44,803 bases of DNA from Nemertoderma westbladi (taxonomy: Eukaryota; Animalia; Xenacoelomorpha), in assembly GCA_032718475.1 (NCBI GenBank), contig JAUCBJ010001103.1, positions 1 through 44,803 on the forward strand. Direction: 5' to 3'. This document shows positions 12,922-24,884 of this stretch, one piece after another (positions within the stretch are counted from its first letter, which is position 1; the number at the start of each line of letters is the position of its first letter). The position numbers and the translations under genes were made by a program. The notes below the pieces were generated by a model that did no database searches, had not been told where the DNA came from, and saw only the letters and a program-made list of their open reading frames with translations.

Positions 12922-12964
12922 ACCACGCTGATGAGACCCAGTAAGGTCGAAACGCGTACGTGGT
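12922..12964 (+). ncRNA. Type I hammerhead ribozyme, copy 2
   Basis: Identical to copy 1. Confidence 0.92.
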
Positions 12965-13333
12965 TTGGAGAGATATGAGATATTAATTTCAAGAAAAATT
13001 ACGCGATTCTGAAATTTGTACACTACCCGGTTAAAAAGTACGCATGTGATGGGATTAGTCCTACAATTGCGCCAATAAAAAAAGATAAGTTATTTTCGGT
13101 AAAATAAACTTATCATTCGAGGTAAAGACCCCTAGATCCCTTCCTATAAATGTATAATAACAAACACCTCGAAAAATACAGCTTGCCAACACATTGTTAC
13201 TATCAATAATCAAAAACTCAGGGGCTAATAAAATGGCAGCTGGCTTTGAAATTAATACTCCATATCTCAAGAACCTGTGGCCTAGTGGTTGTAGTCTCGG
13301 CTTCCACCTCGAGGTCCCAGGTTCGAATCCGAC

Positions 13334-13376
13334 ACCACGCTGATGAGACCCAGTAAGGTCGAAACGCGTACGTGGT
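13334..13376 (+). ncRNA. Type I hammerhead ribozyme, copy 3
   Basis: Identical to copy 1. Confidence 0.92.
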
Positions 13377-13745
13377 TTGGAGAGATATGAGATATTAATT
13401 TCAAGAAAAATTACGCGATTCTGAAATTTGTACACTACCCGGTTAAAAAGTACGCATGTGATGGGATTAGTCCTACAATTGCGCCAATAAAAAAAGATAA
13501 GTTATTTTCGGTAAAATAAACTTATCATTCGAGGTAAAGACCCCTAGATCCCTTCCTATAAATGTATAATAACAAACACCTCGAAAAATACAGCTTGCCA
13601 ACACATTGTTACTATCAATAATCAAAAACTCAGGGGCTAATAAAATGGCAGCTGGCTTTGAAATTAATACTCCATATCTCAAGAACCTGTGGCCTAGTGG
13701 TTGTAGTCTCGGCTTCCACCTCGAGGTCCCAGGTTCGAATCCGAC

Positions 13746-13788
13746 ACCACGCTGATGAGACCCAGTAAGGTCGAAACGCGTACGTGGT
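13746..13788 (+). ncRNA. Type I hammerhead ribozyme, copy 4
   Basis: Identical to copy 1. Confidence 0.92.
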
Positions 13789-15856
13789 TTGGAGAGATAT
13801 GAGATATTAATTTCAAGAAAAATTACGCGATTCTGAAATTTGTACACTACCCGGTTAAAAAGTACGCATGTGATGGGATTAGTCCTACAATTGCGCCAAT
13901 AAAAAAAGATAAGTTATTTTCGGTAAAATAAACTTATCATTCGAGGTAAAGACCCCTAGATCCCTTCCTATAAAAGAAAATTTTAACATTTATAGCTAGT
14001 AGGCCAACCAACTGTTTTTAAATACAGAATAGGCCCTATGATTATGGATTAAATTGAGAGCGTAGCGAGCATGATAATGTGGTTTTATATTGGTTTGAAC
14101 AATTAAACAACTCATGTAGGTTAATAAACAGATACAGTAGTCTAATATGCAATAGGAATTTTGAAATAATGGATATGGGTAGGATATAATTATAAACGTG
14201 GGCGAAGCGAGTGAAAAGTTTTAACTCTTTTTAAACATATGGTACTGATATAATTTCAAGTAGGATATAAAGTGGATATATATCCAAAAGTGGATATATT
14301 GCCAGTGCCAGTGGCAGTGCTACTCAGCTACTGCAGTACTATTACTTGACATCCATCTGTCCATATGAGCGCCAGGATCCTCATTGCGCGCCACACGACC
14401 CTGTTGCTCCGCGCCAGGATCCTTAATGCGCGCCACACATGTTGAGCAAACTCTACATAAATTCCAACCTGGGGGTAGATTATAAAGACTTACAGACTTA
14501 ATACATTTGACAATCATATATATACCTTGGAGGAACTCCACCAGGTGGTGTAAAATTTCAGCACCAGGTAGATGTCGAAGTTGCGATATTCTATCATGAT
14601 AGAGCTATTCTTCCATCAAATAGAGATGGATGTCACTGTGAAGATGGGTATTCATTGATTAGTTCAACATTTGGGCTGTGAAGATTTATGTTCTCCATTG
14701 TTTTAATGCCCCTGACTTATGAATGCCCCTGCCAAGCCAATGATATATGTATCACTCTCAGAAATGCTAGTTAACCATGCTTCATTTGATCAGGTGCTCT
14801 ATCATATTTGCAATGATGTACTATTGAGACACAAGTGGTACATACAGTCATGCTCAATGCTCTCCACTACTATACAGTATTTTTGTTCTACCTACTCCAC
14901 CTGAATCCACATTAATGGCAACTTCCACCTCATATCCACCCATAGTGCACATACTCCACCCAACATACATCTTAATGTTGTTTGTCTGTTAATAATGCAA
15001 CAGTTCCCAATCATAACACATATTATTCTTTGTTACATTAACTTGGTAACTGTCAGACTGTTCAATTTTGGGGAATTCCTGTGAAACTTTAGTCTGCAGC
15101 GGGTTTGGAGCAATACCAAGGGGAATTCCAGACCCAAGCTACTTACACCAATAAGAAGATGTTGGAAGGTAGGCTAATAATATGTGGGGCGAGCCACGAA
15201 GTGAGTGAGCCTTAGCGTAGGGGTACCATTAATCAACCTGTCGTTCTGTTGCGTTTTTTTTCAGTATTTTATTTTAAACGTTAATAACTCGGCCAATCCT
15301 TGATGAAATCTATCCAAACTTGGTACACATGTTGTTTGGCAAAAGTTTGAAAATTTTCCAAGTAGAATTTGCGTGGGGTCTTCGTGCAGCATCAGTGTAA
15401 CTGTTATTGCAGTTATAATAAATTTATTTATCCAAATTTAAAATGCGTTAAATTATTATTACTGTAGGATAAATCAGCTGGTTTTTCTGACAAATTTTGC
15501 AATACATTGGAGTTGTCTGCATGTACCATGTGTACCGGTACTGTCAGGCTGTACTCAATCCCTGAATCGAGAATCCTGCAATCAGTCAATACTGCAATAC
15601 TGGTCAGCCGGTACCATACACTGCAGACATGCCATATCATGTAATCTAATTAACCCCGGCAACCCTTGCGGTGATTAAAGTTTAGGCCTAATTAGCCCAG
15701 TACCGGCACCGGTAATACTGTAATAATAATATAATAGTTTAGATAGTTACCGCTAATCATTCAGTCATTGCTGCATTGGCACGGTACACCGTACAGCCGT
15801 ATTGCTGTACTGCCGTTGTCAGTTGTAGTGCGCACCGTACTGCCGTAGGTACCACC

Positions 15857-17731
15857 CATGGCCTACTACACACAGGCCATGACAAGGACTTTGCTGTGAA
15901 ATTAGCGTAGGCTGACTGTGCTGATTATCAGATTATGGTACTGTGGTACAAGCTATATACTGTTAGGTATACTGCTGTATTGGGGTGGGGTTAGGAATAA
16001 TCCATTTGTTTTATAGCATTTAATCCCCTTATTATTATACTGTTATAAAACCATTGGAAATATTCGCAAATGCCGCTCCATTCTGCCATTACTGTCTGAA
16101 ACGCTCCCGACAGTCCGATGTATCTGGACCCGAGCAGCCGAGTTGCTTCAAGAGGTGATTAATGGGGGAATACTACGCAGTGCTACGGAATTGCTTGTTT
16201 GTCAGTACGATTCTATTTGGGTATTTACTACACTCAGACACTGGGAATACGGCGGTTGGTCAGATCGTAATGCGGGCCACTGCCAAGTTCCTCATGCCTC
16301 ACTCCGGTCACCCACCTTGGAGTGTGGTGGGAAGAGTCCCACTTACTGACTTACGTCGACGACTGGACGAATCGACGAGGATTGCGATCTGGGTTTAGCG
16401 GCGGCCCGGATCCTGGTATCGCCTGGGGGAAATGGTTGAACGTCGGGCATACTTGTATCGCACTGGATTACGTTCTCTGCGACGTGAAAGTGTGAAGCGA
16501 ATTCGTTGTCGAATTGGGTCGAAAGCTGCGGGAATTCTACTGTTCTACGGGAGTAAACCGCAGCGGTCCGGCGACTACGGATGGATACTACTGGGATAAG
16601 CAGGTATTTCGATCGAGTTTCTCGTATTCTCGATGCTCAACAGCTCGAGGCGGATAGAGAGTTGGTTGTGTTGGGCGGTGTTGTTCAATTCTATCAAACG
16701 TATTAAATAATTGGTAAAATAATAAAAACACACCAGATAAAGATACTGAGCTTATGGTAAAGAGATAGGCCGAACTTACAATTTCCAAATAGATTGTTCA
16801 TATAATAAATATATTTTTGGTATTTGATTTCAAGATAGGGGGGGGGGGGGGGGGGGGACTGGACGCAATAAAAATTAATCCCTCTCCAGGGGAAATTGGG
16901 CGCAAATAACAACAGCTGATTACTCTCAAAAATAAAACTGTAACCTGTTCTATTGTGTTTACTTTATTGTTTTGGTTAAAATAACGTGCCACTGTAACCT
17001 GCTCCTTTCCCAAAATTGAGAAATTAATATTGAGGCAGGATATTAATTCGCCAAGATGGGATTTGCGTCCAGTCCCACCCCCCTCCTGTCTCTTGATTTT
17101 ACTAAAAAATAGAATACATTGCATTTTACTGTTATAATTACTGTATTGAATAAAATAATTAATTTATTGTTTATTAAACCGTGCTAAGCACGTTGAACTG
17201 GAGCTCTAACAATTCCCCACTAGCGGCAGACAGGAACTGTAAAAGTCTCTGTAGAATTTCTAATTAAGCAATGCTCTTAGGTAACTACTACTAAATTTCA
17301 GATGAATCTGATCGTTGGTTCTATAATTACAGCTATTTTTAAGTTTCTGTTAATTCGCCCCCTAGCGGCAGACAGGGGAACTGTAGAAGTCTGTCTGTGT
17401 GTAGAATTTCAAAATTTTTTTATAGACTACATGTGTACCAAGTTTGGTTCCATTTCATCCTTGATTGACTGACTTATAAGCGTTCAAACATTCCTGCCAC
17501 AAACATAGCCAGAGGCAGCCACAAACAAATAAAAGCTGCAGGAACTCTAGCGATAATTAATTAATTAATTATTAAATACTGTTTCAATTAAATTACTTAC
17601 GAAAATCTAGTCATCTTCTTTTAAATATGGACCCTGCATTCGTGGAAAATATAATATTTGATAATTCAGCAGTCAGCCTACGCTAATTTCACAGCAAAGT
17701 CCTTGTCATGGCCTGTGTGTAGTAGGCCATG
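15857..17731. mobile_element. Non-autonomous P-element-like transposon (CATG termini, ~60-bp TIR, 8-bp TSD)
   Basis: CATGGCCTACTACACACAGGCCATGACAAGGACTTTGCTGTGAAATTAGCGTAGGCTGACTG is inverted at 17670-17731. GTACCACC is duplicated at 15849-15856 and 17732-17739. Confidence 0.8.
16830..17096. mobile_element. MITE with poly-G/GGACTGGACGCA TIRs; partial second copy at ~873-981
   Basis: GGGACTGGACGCA at 16855-16867 versus TGCGTCCAGTCCC at 17064-17076. 16989-17080 matches 873-965. Confidence 0.7.
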
Positions 17732-17964
17732 GTACCACCCTACTACCGGTACTGGCTGACCGGTGGCAACTAGCACTTCAGCACTTGCACAGCAACAGCA
17801 CTACCGGCGATACACAGGTTGGAATTTATGTAGAGTTTGCTCAACAGTACAGATATAAAATAGTTATCTAAATTATATATATTACTATTGACAAGTATTG
17901 AAATATATACCGTTATTCGTGTTATCAGTATTTGCAACATCTGACATTGAAGAGGTGAGAGAAG

Positions 17965-18300
17965 ATGAATACCGGCACTCAACAAAACCAACGCTTATCA
18001 CAGGTCGGTATGGTTACCTCGAAACCGGCGCGACTGTCCACTCGAATACAACTTCAAAACACAAACGCCAATAATAAACTGAAAGCGAATCGAACGTCTT
18101 CAGAAGAATCTGTCATTGGGACGAAGAAAAGGAAGCCAAAACCACGGGAATGGACCACAGCTAAGATTGAATGCTCCCATTGTCAGAGTTCCTGGACCGA
18201 AATTGAAACACCAATTGCCGATGGGCTTGATCTCTCAAACCAAAACTTCCTCTGCGGGGTTTGCGCGGCAGTAAAGATTGAAAGTCTGGAAGCTGGCATC
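17965..18300 (+). pseudogene. Truncated LINE ORF1-like zinc-finger fragment (CR1/L2-type, tentative)
   Basis: Basic N-terminus, then CSHC...FLCGVC..KIESLE, resembling the zinc-finger/leucine-zipper start of CR1-group ORF1. It ends abruptly in AT-rich sequence. Confidence 0.35.
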
Positions 18301-19745
18301 CCTAGGTATTATTATTATAAAGAGCGTCAGCCTGTGTTTAATAAATATATTTTAATACAAAACAGGTCGAACGCAAAGAGGCTTATAATGAAGACGAGTA
18401 CTGCATTGATTATATTCCTATAAACCACCTGGCTTTGCATATTGAACGTGTGTTTGGAAATAAGTTCGTGCTACCCTTCCGTGGGTGGTAGATGTCGCGG
18501 TTATGTATTGGTGGGTGGGAAGGGAGGGGGGGGGGGGGGGGTGCAGATTAAAAGGGGTGAACACGTACTATCCCCCTTTCTTTGATTAATTGGTGGTGTG
18601 GGTTAATCTCTCATAACCTGATTTTGTGATACAGTCGCACAATTTTAATTTGTATCTCATAACTGGGCCTCGTGCTGCGCGAAGGCCCCACGAACGTGTA
18701 ATAATACTCTAGGCTACTATGTACCATGCAGCCATGTGCTGTGCAGGCCACTGTTTGTGGTTGCCAATTACAATACAGCATACTGACTGTGTTTCTATTA
18801 ATTTTATACAGGTGATACAGTAGTACATTGTGATCTACTGTACAGTAGCCTAGCGTGGGTTTTCACTTATACAATAACTCTGGTGCTCCCTGTATTTAAG
18901 GATTATAGAAGCCATGGCAGCCTGGAGGCACTGGTGTATACTGGGAATTTCCTAAATAAGCAACAATTAGTCACTAACTGGTAACTGCAACAACTATACC
19001 AACTAATTTGATTGATTGACATTATAAGGTCAACGTTAATCTATATATATAAAGTTAGTCTATAGACTAACAACGTTATTTAGGTTAGAATGTTGATATA
19101 CCTACAATATACATTCAATATCGATTTAAACGAATTATTTTCATTATATTAAGATTACGGAATATTAGGGCCTATGCATTGAATGCGACAATATAATGTC
19201 CAATCTTGACAAATTAATAGCTGTTATCAATACTAAATTATCAATTGATAGATACTTTAAGAGATAGGCTGATAGGGCCTACAGAACTCAGGGATTACAG
19301 AATTAGGCCTGTCCTGTACTGCTGTAGCTGTACCAGTATATGTGATCTATAATCACTGCACCGGTACCACGGTAATAGTCAGCCAGTACTGTAAAACACC
19401 GAATACAGTGTGATAGTATTGAGTATTGTCTGATTCCAGATTCAGGGATTGAGTATAGTACCAATACAGGCAGACTGGCCACAATGGCTGAATGGTATTA
19501 CTATAATTTCGTAATTTGCCAGAAACCCAGCTGATTTAGTCTCCTAGCAACCAACTGATGCCAAGCCTAATAATTTTTGGGTAGATAAATTTATTATAAC
19601 TGTAAGACAGTTACACAGATGCTGCACGAAGACCCCACGTAAATTCAACTTGGAAAATTTATAATCTTTGGCCAGACTACATGTGTACCAAGTTTGGTTA
19701 AATTTCATGAACTTTTGGCTGAGTTATTAACGTTTAAAATTGGAC

Positions 19746-19804
19746 ACAACAGATCGACAGAACAACAGATCGACAAAACAACAGATCGACAGAACAACAG
19801 ACAC
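19746..19804. repeat. 17-bp tandem repeat (ACAACAGATCGACAGA) x ~3.5
   Basis: Directly visible, inside the interspersed repeat arm. Confidence 0.8.
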
Positions 19805-21139
19805 ACCGATTGAGTTAGTGGTACCTGTATGCTAAGCTCGCTTACTTTCGTCGCTCGCCCCACGTTGACAATGATTTTTGTTGCCTTTCATACTGTCCTA
19901 TGTAATGTAATTAGTACCTCCTTCCTTCAGTAATTCTCTATCTACATACTACTCTGTTGGCTTTTTGTTAGCGCTTTTAGTAAATTATGTTCATTCAATC
20001 TCAATTTTGTGTAATTTCGGGGTTATAATATTTGGAGCTGAGAACTCATGCATTAATGACGTTTTACACTGCTGGTCTGACACAATAAACGGGATTGCGC
20101 TAGTGTACCTGTCAACAAAGACCGCTTACTGTATCGGTCGTAGCTTCCCCTTTGCCTTCCTCTCATAAATTGGTTTAATACGGTATTTGATTATCTATTG
20201 TATTTGACTGAGATACGATACCGGGAGGGTGTGACAACACAGTATAACAAGCAAATGGCTGACTAATTAATTCTGTAAGGACTCAAGTGCGGTATTTGTG
20301 TTTCTCTTTAGGAGAAACGTATAGTGACTTGCCTTTGTGTACGATTATACAAATATTTCTATCGTAATTAATTTATGACAACTCTCAATCGTGATACAAT
20401 TAATAATAAGAGCCTTTCTTATATTAATGGTCTGGTATATCGCCAAATGTTAATTATTTAGTAAGTCAGTAGAGCAACACACTTCTATTACAATTGTCCA
20501 GATTACCACTGATACTTAATTGCATAGACCCACCTTATATTTGGCGAGTGTAAAATCTCCTTGATTACGTAATATCGGCGGTATAATCAACAATGAGAGA
20601 GCAAAATATGTTTAACGACAGAGCAAATTACAAGTACAAATTATAATTGATAGCACTAGATGGCGTAAGAACCTTTTCACTGGAGAATAATCTTATAAAT
20701 ATTTAATACCGTAACTGATAAAAATACAGTTACAGTATTTGAATAAATTGGTAAAATAAGTAGTTTTATTAAAGGCAGGATTTATACCTGCAGCAACACC
20801 GCTTCCATTCATTTAGCTACCAGGGATGCAACGGTTCAAGTTCGTACATAAAAACTAATCTAATAAGTAAATAATTCAGATATCAACATCTCAACTCGTG
20901 AACAAATAATCAAGTAGATTAGTGAATATCTATTACCTCTAAATAAGCAAACTATAGTGCCAAGATTATCTCTAATACATATAAACTGTATCAGCTCGTG
21001 AACAAATAAGCTAAATGAATTATTGGGGATTCCAAGTACTTATTTTACATATAATATAAAGTAGGAACATAATCATATAAAGTAGAATAGTCGTAATAAA
21101 AAGTAACCAAAAAAAATAACCTTTATCTTTTGGGTTCCT

Positions 21140-22180
21140 TTTCTTTCTGGGGTCGCAGGTATCGGAGGTGGAGAACCTTGCACTCGTAGCCCCTCAGTGG
21201 CGGAAGCATGAAGTTCCAATGAGTCAGAAGGGGGTACAACAGATCGTACGGTTGGTCCACTAGTATATGTTCCCGGTTAAGGTTCGCTAACCACTTTGGG
21301 TCGAGTCAAAGATATTTGACTCTGTTATATGGTCAAGATATTTCTGCAGGGGGTCGACTTCGGTGTCGTCGAGGGGATTAACCAGAGATAGGAAATCCAC
21401 GCTGCAGGCGTGATGCTCGGGTTTCGTTACACAATGTCAACCGAGCGAGACGAAATCCGGGTGGTCCTGAGTCCCATAGCACGGGAATGGAGAGGAAGTC
21501 TTTCGAGGTAATTATCCCGAATTAAAGTCTTTGTTTGATTAGCTCGACCGGGAGGAGCGATAATCAATTCATCAATATTCTCGCATATAGGCTCTACGAT
21601 GTGAACTTACAACATCGGAGCATCCACAAATAAATTAGGGTTGGAGATGTTGGTGTCGAGAGGTATCGGTCGGGTTTGACTGTAAGCGACACCGAAAACG
21701 CTTTACAGACCCAGACATGTGAATAGAATACGTGCTTTACTTTGGAACCCTTCCATTAAAGTCTGGACCGCGGGTTGGACCAAAGAAGCTGATTTGCGTT
21801 TGTCGTTCAATCGTCCAAGCTACATCCGCTCTTCGTCTACACGTCCATATGGGCGACATACTCTGAGAGTGAGTTCGGTAGATTCACCAGTGAGATCAGC
21901 CGTCATCGTATCCATCATCTCCGCATGCTGTCCCGAGAATCTCGTTTATCGGAAGAGGGTGTTTCAACATATCGAGGTGCGAGTTTGAGTATATGACTGC
22001 AACTGGGGTAGGCGGACGTCACCATCCCAACCAGACAGCCACACGCCGCAACACAGTCCCTGGTCGATCCCTGAATGGCGAGACTCGAGTTTGCAACTAC
22101 CAGCGGTACCGAAGCATCATGGCTATATGCTAAACTCTCATCAAGCCAGGGAGACGGGGGACTGGTCTGGAGCCAGATGT
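21140..22180 (-). pseudogene. GC-richer decayed coding-like island, possibly a retroelement gag remnant
   Basis: Compositional island with stop-interrupted minus-strand frames next to a TGT...TTTATT LTR-like stretch. No diagnostic motif recognised. Confidence 0.25.
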
Positions 22181-23044
22181 GTCTGTTACAATCCTCGCAT
22201 CAATGAAAGGTTGGACAATTGTATACGCTTCACACGAACTCACACGATATATTTATTATCCACACGTTTTATCTTAATTTAAAGGTCATTCACGTATTTT
22301 AGTTTAATTTAAAGTCAAAATACGGTTCGAAAGACATATTTAATATTTACCAGAATGTCACTGTTGGTGTATCCGTGATAACAATGTTACCTTTCCCATA
22401 CAAGCTGTGTTAAGCAATTGCATTTACAGTTGCACGAGTTCTAACTATGTTTCCTGGGAAACACGTTGTTTCGTTGTTATTTAATTACTTGTTCCGTGAC
22501 ATATTGATAAATATAAATTAGAATGCTCACCTGTCACACTTATTTCACATTAGTAACTACTTTAATAGTTATTTGGGCATTTATGGCGATATTAATTTTG
22601 GTTGTATTAATTTTGGTTTTTATTATTAATTTGTATTAAATACAAAATTTTTGAAATTTTTTCGCATATTTCTATGCTGGTAACGTCACACAAATCCGCT
22701 TCCACGATTGAGTATTGTCGTTAGTAATTAGTCACTTATTTTTAATTATTTAAGTTTTAAGTCAAATAATTTACTGTTAAATTAAATTGTTGCACATGCG
22801 GCCGTCATATACAACGTACAATTAAGGGGGGGGTACACCCACCTATGGACCTTTTTTGCAAATGGCTATAATTTCTGCTTGTGTGTAATTTTGTATATTT
22901 TATACCTTTCGGGGGATTAACATATGGCCAAAGATTGGGTTCCAAAAAAAAATTTTCAAATTTGCGTCGCCCTCTAGCGGCCACCAGATACGTTAGGCCA
23001 GGGAAAACATTACGCACAAAGTCTGACGACTTGTTTCCAGATAA

Positions 23045-23559
23045 GGGGGCGTTCATAAAGTATGTCACTCACTAGGGGAGGGGGGGGGGGGGTAGAGCTT
23101 TCGTGACATTTTGTGACAGGTGGTAGGGGGGTGTCGACCTTTGTGACGGTCACGGCGATGCTCTACGGTATGCTTTAATGTTAGATTGTCTTTGACTAAC
23201 ACATTTGTAGATGAGTGGGAAACTTTAAGGAAAAAACAATAAACTCAATAACATTGAATTTAATCCCTAACATTAACAGGACACCCCTGTCTAGTCTGCC
23301 TTGTACATGTACAGTATTGTAGTTTGAAGCTGCTAAAGTATGTATAGGCTTTTAGTAAGAACTACTTCAGTCAAAATGTTTCACTTTCTATTGTGCTTTC
23401 TAACTGTTATTAAATTACTGAAATAAAATATTTTTCGTCTAGGGGGGGGGGGGGGGGGGGGGGTTATAAATTTACGAAAATAGGTTTTTTGTGACAGAAG
23501 GGGGGGGGGGGGGGTCAAAAAAATGGAAAATTTGCGTGACATACTTTATGAACGCCACC
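23045..23559. mobile_element. PIF/Harbinger-type MITE
   Basis: 24-bp TIR GGGGGCGTTCATAAAGTATGTCAC / GTGACATACTTTATGAACGCCACC with a TAA TSD on both sides (23042-23044 and 23560-23562). Confidence 0.85.
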
Positions 23560-23676
23560 TAATTCCACCATATTTTTATTCACCAGAGGATACTCCAGTA
23601 CCCATTAAAGACGCCCTTGAGAAATGCGCCCTAGCTCGTCCCTTTAAAGCGTTCGTCCTGAAACGAAAACTCTCCC

Positions 23677-23761
23677 GACCCCTTTGCGGGGATCGAACCC
23701 ATGACCTCTGGAGAGATGTTAATTATAGGCAACGGATTAACACTACACAAACTACAAGGGC
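23677..23761 (-). mobile_element. tRNA-derived SINE head (degenerate)
   Basis: The minus strand reads GCCCTTGTAGTTTGTGTAG...GGGTTCGATCCCC...AAGGGGTC: good B box, weak A box. Confidence 0.55.
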
Positions 23762-24438
23762 GGGAAGAACATAAAAAATCTTAGATTTTTGCTTGATCAA
23801 ATGTGGCGTCGAATGCTGGACATTGACATTGACATATAGATTATCTATCATTACTAATATCAATATTAATCATAACAACACATTTTGATGCTAACAAATA
23901 CAATAGTATTTGTAATTTCTCTGAATGCTATTTTTAATGCAACCACGGCGACAATAAACCGAGAGGATCATAGATTCGAGCTGAGTTTCAGCAGAGTAAG
24001 TGCAATACAAAAGACTGCAAGTATTTAAATTTATGCAAAAAAACCGTAAGTCAACAAGACTTGCGGTTTTTTGTCATCAGAATTTAATGAGGATTTCACA
24101 TCTGGAAATGGTTTGGCGAGATCTGTTGTATGCATTTTCAATAATTACCAGAAGTAGCTCCGATGAGAGAAAGCTTGTAATTAAACTATTGTTATTAATT
24201 CCATTAGTCACCTGAGGTCAACCCACCCTAACCTAACTGTTTAATATGAGAATGCCTTCTTAGGTTGTTTCGAGTTATCACTGTCTACCGGTCTGACCGT
24301 CAAGATGTAAATTTAGACAGAGCCAGATAAGATAATAGCAATTGTCTGGAATATGTGATTATTTGACGTTAATTAACGTTAAGGTAATTAAGCGTTAATT
24401 ATTATAATTATGTTTTTATCACTGTCAGTTGTTTGTAA

Positions 24439-24723
24439 TTTTTTAACGTTAAACATACAATATATTTTGACGATCCAAACTGATTGTCAGTAATATGTCA
24501 TTTTTTAACGTTAATCATACAATATATTTTGACGATCCAAACTGATTGTCTGTAATATGTCATTTTTTAACGTTAAACATACAATATATTTTGACGATCC
24601 AAACTGATTGTCAGTAATATGTCATTTTTTAACGTTAAACATACAATATATTTTGACGTCCCAAACTGATTGTCAGTAATATGTCATTTTTTAACGTTAA
24701 ACATACAATATATTTTGACGATC
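24439..24723. repeat. 62-bp tandem repeat x ~4.6, downstream of the BEL integrase
   Basis: Units start at 24439, 24501, 24563, 24625 and 24687. Confidence 0.9.
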
Positions 24724-24884
24724 AAAATACCTACCGTTTAAAATTAACGTTAATTTGCGTTAATTTTTAACGTTAAAAGGGCGGCCAAACTAACGTTATT
24801 TATATGTATTATTAACGTTAATAATTAACGTTGGCATTGTCAGAAAATAACGTATATTAATGCATTATTAACGTTAAATTGTTT

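Larger units (their letters stand above)
12181..13974 (+). mobile_element. 412-bp x ~4.35 tandem array: tRNA-derived SINE-like retrozyme with one hammerhead ribozyme per unit
   Basis: Exact 412-bp period with near-identical copies. Each unit has an A box (TGGCCTAGTGG), a B box (GGTTCGAATCC) and a hammerhead core. Flanked by the 12-bp duplication AAAGAAAATTTT (12134-12145 and 13973-13984). Confidence 0.9.
11576..14567. mobile_element. TIR element (~70-bp imperfect TIRs) hosting the ribozyme array
   Basis: GCTGAAATTTTACACCACCTGGTG...AGTTCCTCCAAGGTATATATATGATTGTCAAATGTATTA (11582-11653) is inverted at 14499-14562. No TSD identified. Confidence 0.65.
15184..19863. mobile_element. Pair of ~420-bp diverged inverted copies of an interspersed repeat (Helentron/HINE-like or long-TIR element) enclosing nested inserts
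   Basis: 15184-15600 is approximately the reverse complement of 19415-19863 (GTGGGGCGAG..., CCAAACTTGGTACACATG, AAATCAGCTGG). The same family recurs at 31927-33010. Confidence 0.65.

Noticed and set aside
12237-13847. Four repeated 124-aa minus-strand ORFs
   Set aside because: Antisense reading of the retrozyme unit with a GTG start and no recognisable domain. The informative signals are on the plus strand.
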